Shown here one piece after another: positions 18,085 through 26,197 of a DNA stretch of 64,000 bases. Within the stretch, counting starts at the first letter, position 1. Each line of letters opens with the position of its first letter. The notes beneath the pieces are model-generated. The model was not told the origin of the DNA, ran no database searches, and was given only the letters and a program-made list of their open reading frames with translations. The position numbers and the translations under genes were made by a program. Location: contig DBXM01000051.1 in the NCBI GenBank assembly GCA_002309655.1, forward strand, positions 2,856 through 66,855, in the 5' to 3' direction. The DNA is from Mageeibacillus sp. UBA1212 (lineage in GTDB: Bacteria; Bacillota; Clostridia; UBA1212).

Positions 18085-18786
18085 TCAGGAATTCTTCCCG
18101 TCTTTCCCGTCCGCTTCTTCGTTCTTCTTTCCCGCGTTCTTGAAGCTGAGCTTCGACTCCTTCCCCGTGAAGAGGCGGACCAGGTTCGAGCGGTGCCGCA
18201 CAATCAGCAGCACGACAAGAATTATGCAGACAAAGAAGAACACCGTAAGCCCCTTCGTGTTCTCCGCCCAGCCGCCAAGGAACCACACCGGCACCGGGAA
18301 CGCCAGCGCCGCCAGCACTGAGCCCAGCGAAACGTAGCGCGTGATCAGGACCACAATAATGAACACGCCGAGTGCGATTAAGGCCGGAACCGGCGCCAGG
18401 AAAAGCATCACCGAGAACGAAACCAGAACGCCCTTCCCGCCTTTGAAGCCGAAATACACGGGCCAGTTGTGACCTGCAACGCAGCCGAGCGCCGCCGCGA
18501 GCATCGAATAGAGCCCCAGAAAGTGGTCGCGGCAGGCAACGTAAACGATCAGGCAAGGAATAAGGCAGGAGACGATTCCTTTTAAGAAGTCGAGCACGAG
18601 GGTCAGCGCCGCCGCCTTTTTGCCGAAGGTGCGGAGCATGTTCGTGGTGCCCGCGTTCCCGCTGCCGAATTCGCGAACGTCCTTCCCGTAGAACGCCTTT
18701 GACACGATCACGCCGGCGTTCAGGCTTCCGATCAGGTAGCCCGCCAGCGCAAACGCGGATATTACAAGATACTGGACGAATGTCAT
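18085..18786 (-). CDS. plsY: Glycerol-3-phosphate acyltransferase PlsY (acyl-phosphate dependent).
   Basis: GSGNAGTTN signature. Multi-TM protein about 200 aa. Confidence 0.8.
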   Translation of the reverse strand: MTFVQYLVISAFALAGYLIGSLNAGVIVSKAFYGKDVREFGSGNAGTTNMLRTFGKKAAALTLVLDFLKGIVSCLIPCLIVYVACRDHFLGLYSMLAAALGCVAGHNWPVYFGFKGGKGVLVSFSVMLFLAPVPALIALGVFIIVVLITRYVSLGSVLAALAFPVPVWFLGGWAENTKGLTVFFFVCIILVVLLIVRHRSNLVRLFTGKESKLSFKNAGKKNEEADGKDGKNS

Positions 18787-18802
18787 TTAATAAGCCTCCG
18801 TT

Positions 18803-20155
18803 TCAGTAAACGTTCTCCTCCGCCGCCTGCTTTTCGCTCTTCTCGCGGAGCTTGAACACGATCGGCGTTCCATCGAAGCCGAAGTTTTTGCGGATGCGGT
18901 TCTCGATGTAGCGCAGGTAGGAAAAATGGAAAAGCTTTACGCTGTTGCAGAACACCGCGAACGTGGGCGGGGCCACCGCGACCTGGGTCATGTAGTAGAT
19001 TTTCAGGCGTCTGCCCTTGTCGGAGGGCGGCTGTACCACCGCCACCGCCTCATTGAGAACGTCGTTCAGCATTCCAGTCGAGACGCGCTTTCTGCTCTCG
19101 TTGTACACGTTGACAACGGTCTCGAAAAGGTCGTTGACCCGCTTTCCGGTCAAAGCGGAAATGAAAACTATCGGCGCAAACATCATAAAATTGAAGCTGT
19201 TCAGCACGCCTTCGCGGTACTTTTCGAGGGTTCCGGTCTCTTTTTCGATAAGGTCCCACTTGTTGACGGCGACCACAAGCCCCCTGCCCTTGTCGTTGGC
19301 GTAGCCCGCGATCTTGGTGTCCTGTTCGGTCACTCCGTCCACCGCGTCAACAACGATAACGCACACGTCGCACCTGTCGACCGCGTCCAGCGCCCGCATG
19401 ATGCTGTAGCGTTCCACGTCGTCGTTGACCTTGCCGCGCTTGCGCATTCCGGCCGTGTCGATAAAGCAGAATTTCCTGCCTTTGATCTTGACGTAGGTGT
19501 CTATAGCGTCGCGGGTGGTTCCCGAAATATCGCTGACGATAACGCGGTCCTCGCCCAGAATCTTGTTGATAAGTGAAGATTTGCCGGCGTTCGGCTTTCC
19601 GATGACCGCCACTTTGATTACGTCCGCGTCGTCCTCTTCGTCCCGGTGTTCGGGAAGGTAGTCGTAAACCGCGTCAAGCAGTTCGCCGATTCCGAGGCCG
19701 TGGGCCGCCGAAACCGTGCAGAGATCGCCGATGCCCAGGTTGTAGAAGTCGTACGCCTCCGCGGGCGTCTCGCCGATCGTGTCGACCTTGTTCACGCAGA
19801 GGATCACGGGCTTTCCGGTCTTTGTCAGCACCGCCGCGATTTCCTCGTCCGCGGACGTGATCCCGTCCTTGAAGTCGACCATGAACACGACGACGTCCGC
19901 CATTCTGATAGCGGTCTCCGCCTGCCTGCGCATCTCGGAGGGAATGATCTCGTCCGAAGCGGGTTCGATGCCGCCGGTGTCAACGAGCGAGAACCGCCTT
20001 CCGCGCCACTCCGCGTCCGCGATTATTCTGTCGCGCGTGACTCCCGGAGTGTCCTCGACGATTGAAATTCTCTTTCCGCATATATAATTAAAGAGCGAAG
20101 ATTTGCCGACGTTCGGCCGGCCCACTATCGCCACCACTGGTTTTCCCATTTTCAC
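18803..20155 (-). CDS. der: Ribosome-biogenesis GTPase Der (EngA), two GTPase domains plus a KH-like C-terminus.
   Basis: VAIVGRPNVGKSSLFN and VAVIGKPNAGKSSLIN G1 motifs in tandem. C-terminal KH-like domain. Confidence 0.9.
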   Translation of the reverse strand: MKMGKPVVAIVGRPNVGKSSLFNYICGKRISIVEDTPGVTRDRIIADAEWRGRRFSLVDTGGIEPASDEIIPSEMRRQAETAIRMADVVVFMVDFKDGITSADEEIAAVLTKTGKPVILCVNKVDTIGETPAEAYDFYNLGIGDLCTVSAAHGLGIGELLDAVYDYLPEHRDEEDDADVIKVAVIGKPNAGKSSLINKILGEDRVIVSDISGTTRDAIDTYVKIKGRKFCFIDTAGMRKRGKVNDDVERYSIMRALDAVDRCDVCVIVVDAVDGVTEQDTKIAGYANDKGRGLVVAVNKWDLIEKETGTLEKYREGVLNSFNFMMFAPIVFISALTGKRVNDLFETVVNVYNESRKRVSTGMLNDVLNEAVAVVQPPSDKGRRLKIYYMTQVAVAPPTFAVFCNSVKLFHFSYLRYIENRIRKNFGFDGTPIVFKLREKSEKQAAEENVY

Positions 20156-20187
20156 TCACTCTCTTTCCGCGCCGCCGCTTTACTTTT

Positions 20188-21555
20188 TCAGCCGAACAGC
20201 AGCGCCTCGACGAAATCCGCGCCGGTCTTCCCGACCGCGACTATTCTCGCGCCGAGTTCCTTTTCCGCCTCGTCAACGGTAATGTCGTCGAGGAAGACCC
20301 GCTCGCCCGCCTTGAGCATGTTGACCGTTATCAGCACGCGGTCTCCCTTTTTGACGCCGGACTCCTTAAGTTGATCTATAAGGTCACGGCCGGTGATAAG
20401 GCCCGAAACCGTCACGTTGCTGCCGAAAAAGTCGTTTCTGATCGCCTTGACCTTAAAATCCGGCTTTTTGCCGCACGTGCGCGCGAAGTCCGCGACTTTT
20501 TCCGCGACCTCTTTAAGCTTTCTGTAGGCGATCTCGCCTGTCGCGAGCGTTCCCTCAAGGCGCCTCCTTTTAAAGAAGAGCCTGCGCCGCAGCTTTTTCG
20601 CCGCCTCGCGGTCTTCGAGCACCTCGCTAACCTCCGATTCCAGAAGCCTCAGCATGCCCACGCCGTCCTCAAGCGACGGAAAGCCGTCGTATTCGTCCTC
20701 GCCCGGCAGCGGCAGCCCCGCCTTCACGTAAAACTCGTCGGACGCGTACACGAACGAATTCCCGCGCATGATACGCGCCATTTGCCTGTAGTCCTCGATC
20801 AGCCTGACCGTCTCCAGCGCCTCTTTTTCGGTGAACGGCCTGAGCGGGCAAAGCCCCTCGCGGTACCTTGTGAGACCGACCGGAACCACCGAAACCGAGT
20901 TGAAATTCTCCGGAAGCGCCAGCAGCGAATCGAGCGTGAACTTCAGCTCCGCGCCGTCGTTCCAGCCGGGAACGAGCACTATCTGGCCGTTCACGGTGAT
21001 TCCCGCGTCGAGAAGCACCTTCAGTTTTTCCGCGATGTCGCCCGCGCCTCTGTGACCCAGCATTCTGACCCGCAGCTCCGGGTTCATCGTGTGGATCGAC
21101 ACGTTCACCGGCGAAATGTGGTAGCCCGCGAGCCGTTTCAGTTCCTGCATCGTGCAGTTCGTCAGCGTGACATAGCTGCCGGTCAGGAACGAGAGCCTCA
21201 GGTCGTCGTCTTTAAAATAGAGCGTGTCCCGCATTCCCGGCGGCATCTGGTCGATGAAGCAGAAAATGCACGAATTCGCGCAGTGCCGGTCCTTCGCCAG
21301 CATCGGGTTCTCGAACTCGATTCCCGCGTCCTCGTACTCCTCTTTTTCAAGAACCGCCGTGAACTCCGTGCCGTCCGGCCTCACCGCCGTCACCTCGGGG
21401 TTCGCGTCGGCAATGTAGTACCTGTAGTCGAAAATGTCCACAAGCTCATGTCCGGAAACGGCCGCCACCGCGTCGCCGGCTTTTAATCCCGCACGCTCCG
21501 CGGGACTTCCCGGGTCGACGCTTTTTATGATTTTTTCTTTAAGCTCATAATGCAT
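20188..21555 (-). CDS. DUF512-family protein (N-terminal PDZ-like domain plus a CxxxCxxC radical-SAM-like core).
   Basis: CANSCIFCF cysteine triad. Position immediately upstream of der, as in many Firmicutes. Confidence 0.6.
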   Translation of the reverse strand: MHYELKEKIIKSVDPGSPAERAGLKAGDAVAAVSGHELVDIFDYRYYIADANPEVTAVRPDGTEFTAVLEKEEYEDAGIEFENPMLAKDRHCANSCIFCFIDQMPPGMRDTLYFKDDDLRLSFLTGSYVTLTNCTMQELKRLAGYHISPVNVSIHTMNPELRVRMLGHRGAGDIAEKLKVLLDAGITVNGQIVLVPGWNDGAELKFTLDSLLALPENFNSVSVVPVGLTRYREGLCPLRPFTEKEALETVRLIEDYRQMARIMRGNSFVYASDEFYVKAGLPLPGEDEYDGFPSLEDGVGMLRLLESEVSEVLEDREAAKKLRRRLFFKRRRLEGTLATGEIAYRKLKEVAEKVADFARTCGKKPDFKVKAIRNDFFGSNVTVSGLITGRDLIDQLKESGVKKGDRVLITVNMLKAGERVFLDDITVDEAEKELGARIVAVGKTGADFVEALLFG

Positions 21556-21773
21556 GGCCGTCCCCCGGCGACAATTCCCGCCCGCGCTTTTCCGTCAATC
21601 AACTTTGACGGCCGGACCCCGCAAGGCAAAAAACACTAAAAAAAATACTGTCTTACACCCACAAGGCACATCGTTTTCGTCTCTGTGCCGCGGTCAAAGG
21701 CAGTAATAAAACCTGAAGCGGATAAAAACTGACAATTCCGGAGCCGACCCCGGGAACGAAACGCCCGTTACTC

Positions 21774-21806
21774 AAAAACAGCTGTCAATAAAATCAACAG
21801 CTGTTT
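21774..21806 (-). terminator. Terminator hairpin 12 nt downstream of the rpmF stop.
   Basis: aaaacagctgt-(11-nt loop)-acagctgtttt forms a perfect 11-bp stem whose ends make A/T tracts in both orientations. Confidence 0.45.
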
Positions 21807-21818
21807 TAAGAGACGGAA

Positions 21819-22001
21819 TCATTCCTCTGCCATCTTGATAACCTCACGGCCCTTGTAGTAACCGCAGGAACCGCACACGGAATGCGCGAGTTTAAGATTA
21901 TGGCACTGCGGGCATTTCACAAGGCTCGGCGCCTCCAGCTTCCAGTTAGCTCTTCTGGAACGACTTCTTGCCTTAGACCATCTTCTCTTCGGACAAATCA
22001 T
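21819..22001 (-). CDS. rpmF: 50S ribosomal protein L32.
   Basis: 60 aa. ...PKRRWSKARSRSRRANWKL...CPQCHNLKLAHSVCGSCGYY zinc-ribbon L32 pattern. SD gcaggagg upstream. Confidence 0.8.
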   Translation of the reverse strand: MICPKRRWSKARSRSRRANWKLEAPSLVKCPQCHNLKLAHSVCGSCGYYKGREVIKMAEE

Positions 22002-22095
22002 TTTTCACACCTCCTGCTGTAAAAGCTGATTTTTTCAGTTTCGCGTGCTTCTTCAGAAGCGTCGCAAAACGCTATCTTCAAAACAGACGGATGTT

Positions 22096-22124
22096 ATTAT
22101 AACTCTATTGCGGACCCAAGTCAA
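22096..22124 (-). promoter_or_regulatory. Sigma-A-type promoter for rpmF.
   Basis: Minus strand reads TTGACT-17 nt-TATAAT (-35 at 22119-22124, -10 at 22096-22101). Confidence 0.5.
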
Positions 22125-22194
22125 CAAGTTTTTTACGAAAAATCGAGAAAATCCGTAAAAATCGCAAAATAACGCCGCAAAAAACCGCAGGACA

Positions 22195-22240
22195 GCCGGC
22201 GCGCGGCAAATATTAGCGCGCGCCGGCCTTCCCTTTTTAA
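22195..22240. terminator. GC-rich hairpin downstream of the lipoprotein gene. Orientation ambiguous.
   Basis: gccggcgcgcg-(11-nt loop)-cgcgcgccggc forms a perfect 11-bp stem. T-rich tracts lie on both sides (ccctttttaa on plus, gcggtttttt on minus). Confidence 0.35.
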
Positions 22241-22273
22241 TCATCCATTAAAACCGGTAACAGGGTTAAAGCA

Positions 22274-23581
22274 TCACCCGTTGAAAGGCATTCCCGGCGA
22301 CGTGTGGTGGTAGAACGTCTCGATCTCGTAGTTGAAGGGATGCGTCGCCTTGGCGGTGGGCTTGGTGCTCGGCTGCTCGGTGAAGGTCATATTGTAGTCG
22401 TACGCGGCCCAGCCGTCGTTCTCGTCGTTGGCGGCGACTGCGTTGATCGCGATCGTCAGATAGTAGGTCTGACCGTCGGTGGAGGCGTATTTGATCTTTC
22501 CTGCCGGGAACGGTCCGCCCGCGTTCCAGATTGCGAACGACATGTTGCCCTCGGGCGACACGTAGAAGAACTTGCCGTCCATGTCGGTCCAGTAGCCCTG
22601 GTACTGCTCTACGAAATCAGAGATGATCATGTCGTTGAAGAACTCGGGATAGCCGGGCTGGGAGTGGCGGTAGAACTTGGTGATGCCAACCTCGAACGGA
22701 TGGTTCGCGAGCGCCGCGTCGGGATTCGACTGAATGTCCTCGAACGAGAGGTAGAACGTGTAAGCCGACCAGCCGCTGTTCTCGTCGTTGGGAGCGACGG
22801 CGGAAATGTCGACGGTCACGTTGTACTGGTCGCCGGACTTGTAAACGTTGGAGATCTTGCCGCCCGGGAACGGTCCGCCCGCATTCCAGATCGCGAAGAA
22901 AACGCTTCCCTTGTCGGTGATCTGGAAGAAGTTGCCGTCGATAGCGGTCCAGTAGCCCGCGTATTTGGAGACGAAATCGGCGATAGCGCGCTCGGTGAAG
23001 AACGACGGGAACGCGGCCTCAGTGTGGTTGTAATACCTTCTCTGAACCGTCTCGCCGGGAATCGTGCAGTCGATCGAGCGGGGATTGGTGTGCGCGTTGT
23101 CGATGACCGAGAAAGTATATTCCTTCTTCTCGGAGCCGTCCGTGGAAACCAGGCAGGTCAGGAAGTAGAGTCCGTCGCCCGCCTTGGCGACCTTTGTGAC
23201 CTCACCTGCCGGGAACGGTCCTCCCGCGTTCCAGATCGCGAACATCGCGTAGTACTTGCCGCCCTCCTCGGAGAACGTAATGAACTTTCCGTCTTCCTCG
23301 GTCCAGTAGCCCTTGTGGTTGTCGAAAAATTCCTTCATATAGTCGGGCTCGGGCGTCTCGGTGACCGGAGGTTCGGTCGGAGGAGCGGACGGAGGCGGCG
23401 AAATTTGAGGAGTCTGGTTTGCCGCAGGGTCTTCAGTGGCCTCGGGTGCGCCGGTCGAGTTCTGGGAAGAAGGCGTTTCCGAAGGCGCTTGAGTGGAAAA
23501 ATCGAAAAGCGACGAGAGATCGCAAGCCGTGAACATGAACGTCACTGCGATAAGCGTCAGAATTGCAATCAGTTTTTTCAT
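22274..23581 (-). CDS. Secreted lipoprotein with three tandem ~118-aa repeats of an unknown domain.
   Basis: Signal peptide plus lipobox FTAC. The motif AIWNAGGPFP(A/G)GK recurs three times at about 118-aa spacing. Confidence 0.55.
   Translation of the reverse strand: MKKLIAILTLIAVTFMFTACDLSSLFDFSTQAPSETPSSQNSTGAPEATEDPAANQTPQISPPPSAPPTEPPVTETPEPDYMKEFFDNHKGYWTEEDGKFITFSEEGGKYYAMFAIWNAGGPFPAGEVTKVAKAGDGLYFLTCLVSTDGSEKKEYTFSVIDNAHTNPRSIDCTIPGETVQRRYYNHTEAAFPSFFTERAIADFVSKYAGYWTAIDGNFFQITDKGSVFFAIWNAGGPFPGGKISNVYKSGDQYNVTVDISAVAPNDENSGWSAYTFYLSFEDIQSNPDAALANHPFEVGITKFYRHSQPGYPEFFNDMIISDFVEQYQGYWTDMDGKFFYVSPEGNMSFAIWNAGGPFPAGKIKYASTDGQTYYLTIAINAVAANDENDGWAAYDYNMTFTEQPSTKPTAKATHPFNYEIETFYHHTSPGMPFNG
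22490..23250 (-). repeat. Three ~355-bp tandem coding repeats inside the lipoprotein gene.
   Basis: ccgggaacggtccgcccgcgttccagat(t/c)gcgaa recurs at about 22500, 22861 and 23210. Confidence 0.6.
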
Positions 23582-23728
23582 TTCAATTTCCTTTCCGTTA
23601 CAATCTAAATCTATTAAAACCGTTTCATAAAGAAACCTGTAAAGCGTCTAAACCCGTTATCAATTGTTTTATACCACTTTTTCGCGCGTTTGTAAAGGCA
23701 AACCATGCTAACGGTGCTTTACGGTGCT

Positions 23729-26197
23729 TTACGACATCGTCCCTCGCACGGCGAGCTTAGCCGGCGGCATCAGCGTGAGCCGGACCGTCGCAATTATTGC
23801 GAGAATGATTTCCGCGGCGACAATGATTCCGAAGGTCAGGAACGCGACCCTCAAAGGAACGCTTATCGTCAGTCCTCCCACTCCGAGAAGCGGTAGAAGA
23901 TTAACAACGGCGTAAGAGAGCAAAATTGCGGGAAGCGCGTACTTCAGCGTCATTATCAGGTTTTCCAGTATGAATATCGCGATTGAATCTCTTCCCGGTA
24001 TCCCGAGCAGCCTGTAGACGGCGATCAGCCCCAGACGGTCGCGCACACGCAGACGCTGGGTCACGTACAGCATGACAAGGCTGAGAAGTCCGATCGCGCC
24101 CATAATGATGACCCTGGTCTGGATTCTTGAAATCCGCCCGTTCATGAACGAGTCGTATTCCTGCTGATAGGTGTCCCTGACGTCGACCGTTATCACGTTT
24201 TTCAACTCCTCGGGCATCGACGACGCAATGACGGCTTTTACTTTTTCCTTGTCTGCGCACCATAAATTTACGGTCGTCGCGCTCGAGCACGCCATGGTGA
24301 AAAATCTGTCCAAATCTTCATCGGCAATGATGACCGGAGCCGTGATGCCGAAACTGTCATCTACAGGCAGTACCGTTTGCGCCAGCCGCAGCGTGGCTCT
24401 GTTCTTCAAAGTCAGCAAGCCGCCGATTCTGGTTGTATAATAGGAGCTGTCGTTGTTGTAGATGACCACGCCCTTTCCGGAATCCGGTACCGGAGCGTCC
24501 GTCATTCCCGTTATCGAAACAAATTCGGAATAAGTTATGGCGTCCACGCCGTACACCGCGATGTTCAGCAGCCCCAAGGTTGAAATATACACGTCGGGTT
24601 CGCCACTGTCGCAGATACCGACAATTGTCGGAGAATATCTTTTCCCTATTTCAAGGACTTTTCCGAGCATGTATCCGTTGTCCGGAATCATGTTCCGGAG
24701 GATTCCGTGGACGTCGGTGGCTTTGCTTAAGACCCATTTGTCGACAACGATCTCGTCGTATCTCTCGGGCATCCTTCCGTAGACCAGCGTCGACGGGTCG
24801 AGCCTTGAGAGATTCACGAGATTGTAGCTGCCCAGGCTCATCGACAGGGTTCCGTACTGGGGCATCTCCCGTGAGAAGAATCTGAACCGCTGGTTCGTGT
24901 TCGGGATGAAATCGATCTCGCAGCCGCTTTCCGTCAGGAATTCAAAGTAGGCGGGAATGTACTCGTTGACCGAGAGGACTTCCCTGCTGTCGAAATTCTC
25001 GTCTTTGTCAAACGACAGCGCGAGGATATGTGAATCGGACGTTATGAATTCTTCGGGATCGATCCGGGCCGCGGTCATAAGGTCAGAAATCGAGAACAGA
25101 AGCATTACCGAGAGCAGCACGAGAAACAGCACCGAAGCGGCGTTTTTGAGCTTCTTTTTGGACGACGTGGTCTTCATCTCCGAATAAAGCATCTTAAGGC
25201 CGAGACCTGAAAGCGCCTTCTTTTTCTGCGGCAGCCTGCCGGCGGAAGCGTCTTCTTTAACGAAGCCCGAAACCGGCAGCTCGAGGCCGGGTCTCTTCCC
25301 TTCCTTTATGAATGGAGGGTCGTCCTTCCTCGCGTACGCGATCAGACGTGAATCGTCAGTCTTTATGATCACTCTTCCGTCTTCTATGACAACGGAAATG
25401 TCCGCGGGGCTCGCGTTCTCGGCCGTCAGAATTCTCAGCTTCACGCCGCCGGTCGAAAGCACTTCCTCCTGATACTCTCCCGCGTAAACGGTGTTGCCTT
25501 CCGGCGAATCCAGAGGTCCCCGTTCCCAGGCGGTGATATCCTCCGCGACTGTACCGGCGTCGATTTTGATGATCCTGTCCGCGAAGAAATACGCAAGCCG
25601 CTCCTCGTGAGTGACCATCACCACAAGGTTTGTGGCGGAAAGCTCTTTGAGCAGTGAACAGATGTTTATCGTGCTCTCTTCGTCCAGGTTCCCGGTGGGC
25701 TCGTCGGCGAAGATCACCTCCGGCTCTTTGACGATGGCTCTTGCGATGGCGATCCTCTGCTGCTGACCGCCCGAAAGCTCGCCCACAAGTCTCTTCCTGA
25801 AGCGCAGCATGCCGACCTTTTCGAGAGCGTCGGCTACTCTTTTCAACTTTTCCTTTTCCGGCAGATCGACGGAGTGAAGCCCCAGGTAGACGTTGTAGGC
25901 GGCGGAATGCTCCGGCAGCAGATAATAGTTCTGGAAAACGTAGCCGAAACGCTCGTTCCGGACCGTCTCCATTTCACGCGCGCGAGTAATTTTCGAACCG
26001 TCTATGTCAAGGGTGCCGCTGTCGAACGTATCAAGGCCGCCGACGGCGTTGAGAAGGCTTGTCTTTCCGGTGCCGGACCTGCCGAGAATGCACACGAACC
26101 CCTTGTCGGGAAGCGTCAGGCTGATTCCGCGGAGGACTTCTTCATAGGTGCCCGTGCCGCGGCCGTAGGATTTTTTCAGCTTGTTTACCGAAATCAT
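23729..26197 (-). CDS. MacB-like ABC transporter with an N-terminal ATPase fused to a C-terminal FtsX-type permease.
   Basis: Walker A GRSGTGKTS, LSGGQQQRIAIARA signature, Walker B IFADEPT. C-terminal 4-TM FtsX-like region with a large extracytoplasmic loop. Confidence 0.75.
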   Translation of the reverse strand: MISVNKLKKSYGRGTGTYEEVLRGISLTLPDKGFVCILGRSGTGKTSLLNAVGGLDTFDSGTLDIDGSKITRAREMETVRNERFGYVFQNYYLLPEHSAAYNVYLGLHSVDLPEKEKLKRVADALEKVGMLRFRKRLVGELSGGQQQRIAIARAIVKEPEVIFADEPTGNLDEESTINICSLLKELSATNLVVMVTHEERLAYFFADRIIKIDAGTVAEDITAWERGPLDSPEGNTVYAGEYQEEVLSTGGVKLRILTAENASPADISVVIEDGRVIIKTDDSRLIAYARKDDPPFIKEGKRPGLELPVSGFVKEDASAGRLPQKKKALSGLGLKMLYSEMKTTSSKKKLKNAASVLFLVLLSVMLLFSISDLMTAARIDPEEFITSDSHILALSFDKDENFDSREVLSVNEYIPAYFEFLTESGCEIDFIPNTNQRFRFFSREMPQYGTLSMSLGSYNLVNLSRLDPSTLVYGRMPERYDEIVVDKWVLSKATDVHGILRNMIPDNGYMLGKVLEIGKRYSPTIVGICDSGEPDVYISTLGLLNIAVYGVDAITYSEFVSITGMTDAPVPDSGKGVVIYNNDSSYYTTRIGGLLTLKNRATLRLAQTVLPVDDSFGITAPVIIADEDLDRFFTMACSSATTVNLWCADKEKVKAVIASSMPEELKNVITVDVRDTYQQEYDSFMNGRISRIQTRVIIMGAIGLLSLVMLYVTQRLRVRDRLGLIAVYRLLGIPGRDSIAIFILENLIMTLKYALPAILLSYAVVNLLPLLGVGGLTISVPLRVAFLTFGIIVAAEIILAIIATVRLTLMPPAKLAVRGTMS

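Noticed and set aside
22053-22244. 63-aa minus-strand ORF upstream of rpmF.
   Set aside because: It overlaps the inferred rpmF promoter and a GC-rich hairpin. It has no SD and a hydrophobic/Arg-rich nonsense composition. The DUF177/YceD gene often found upstream of rpmF is absent here.
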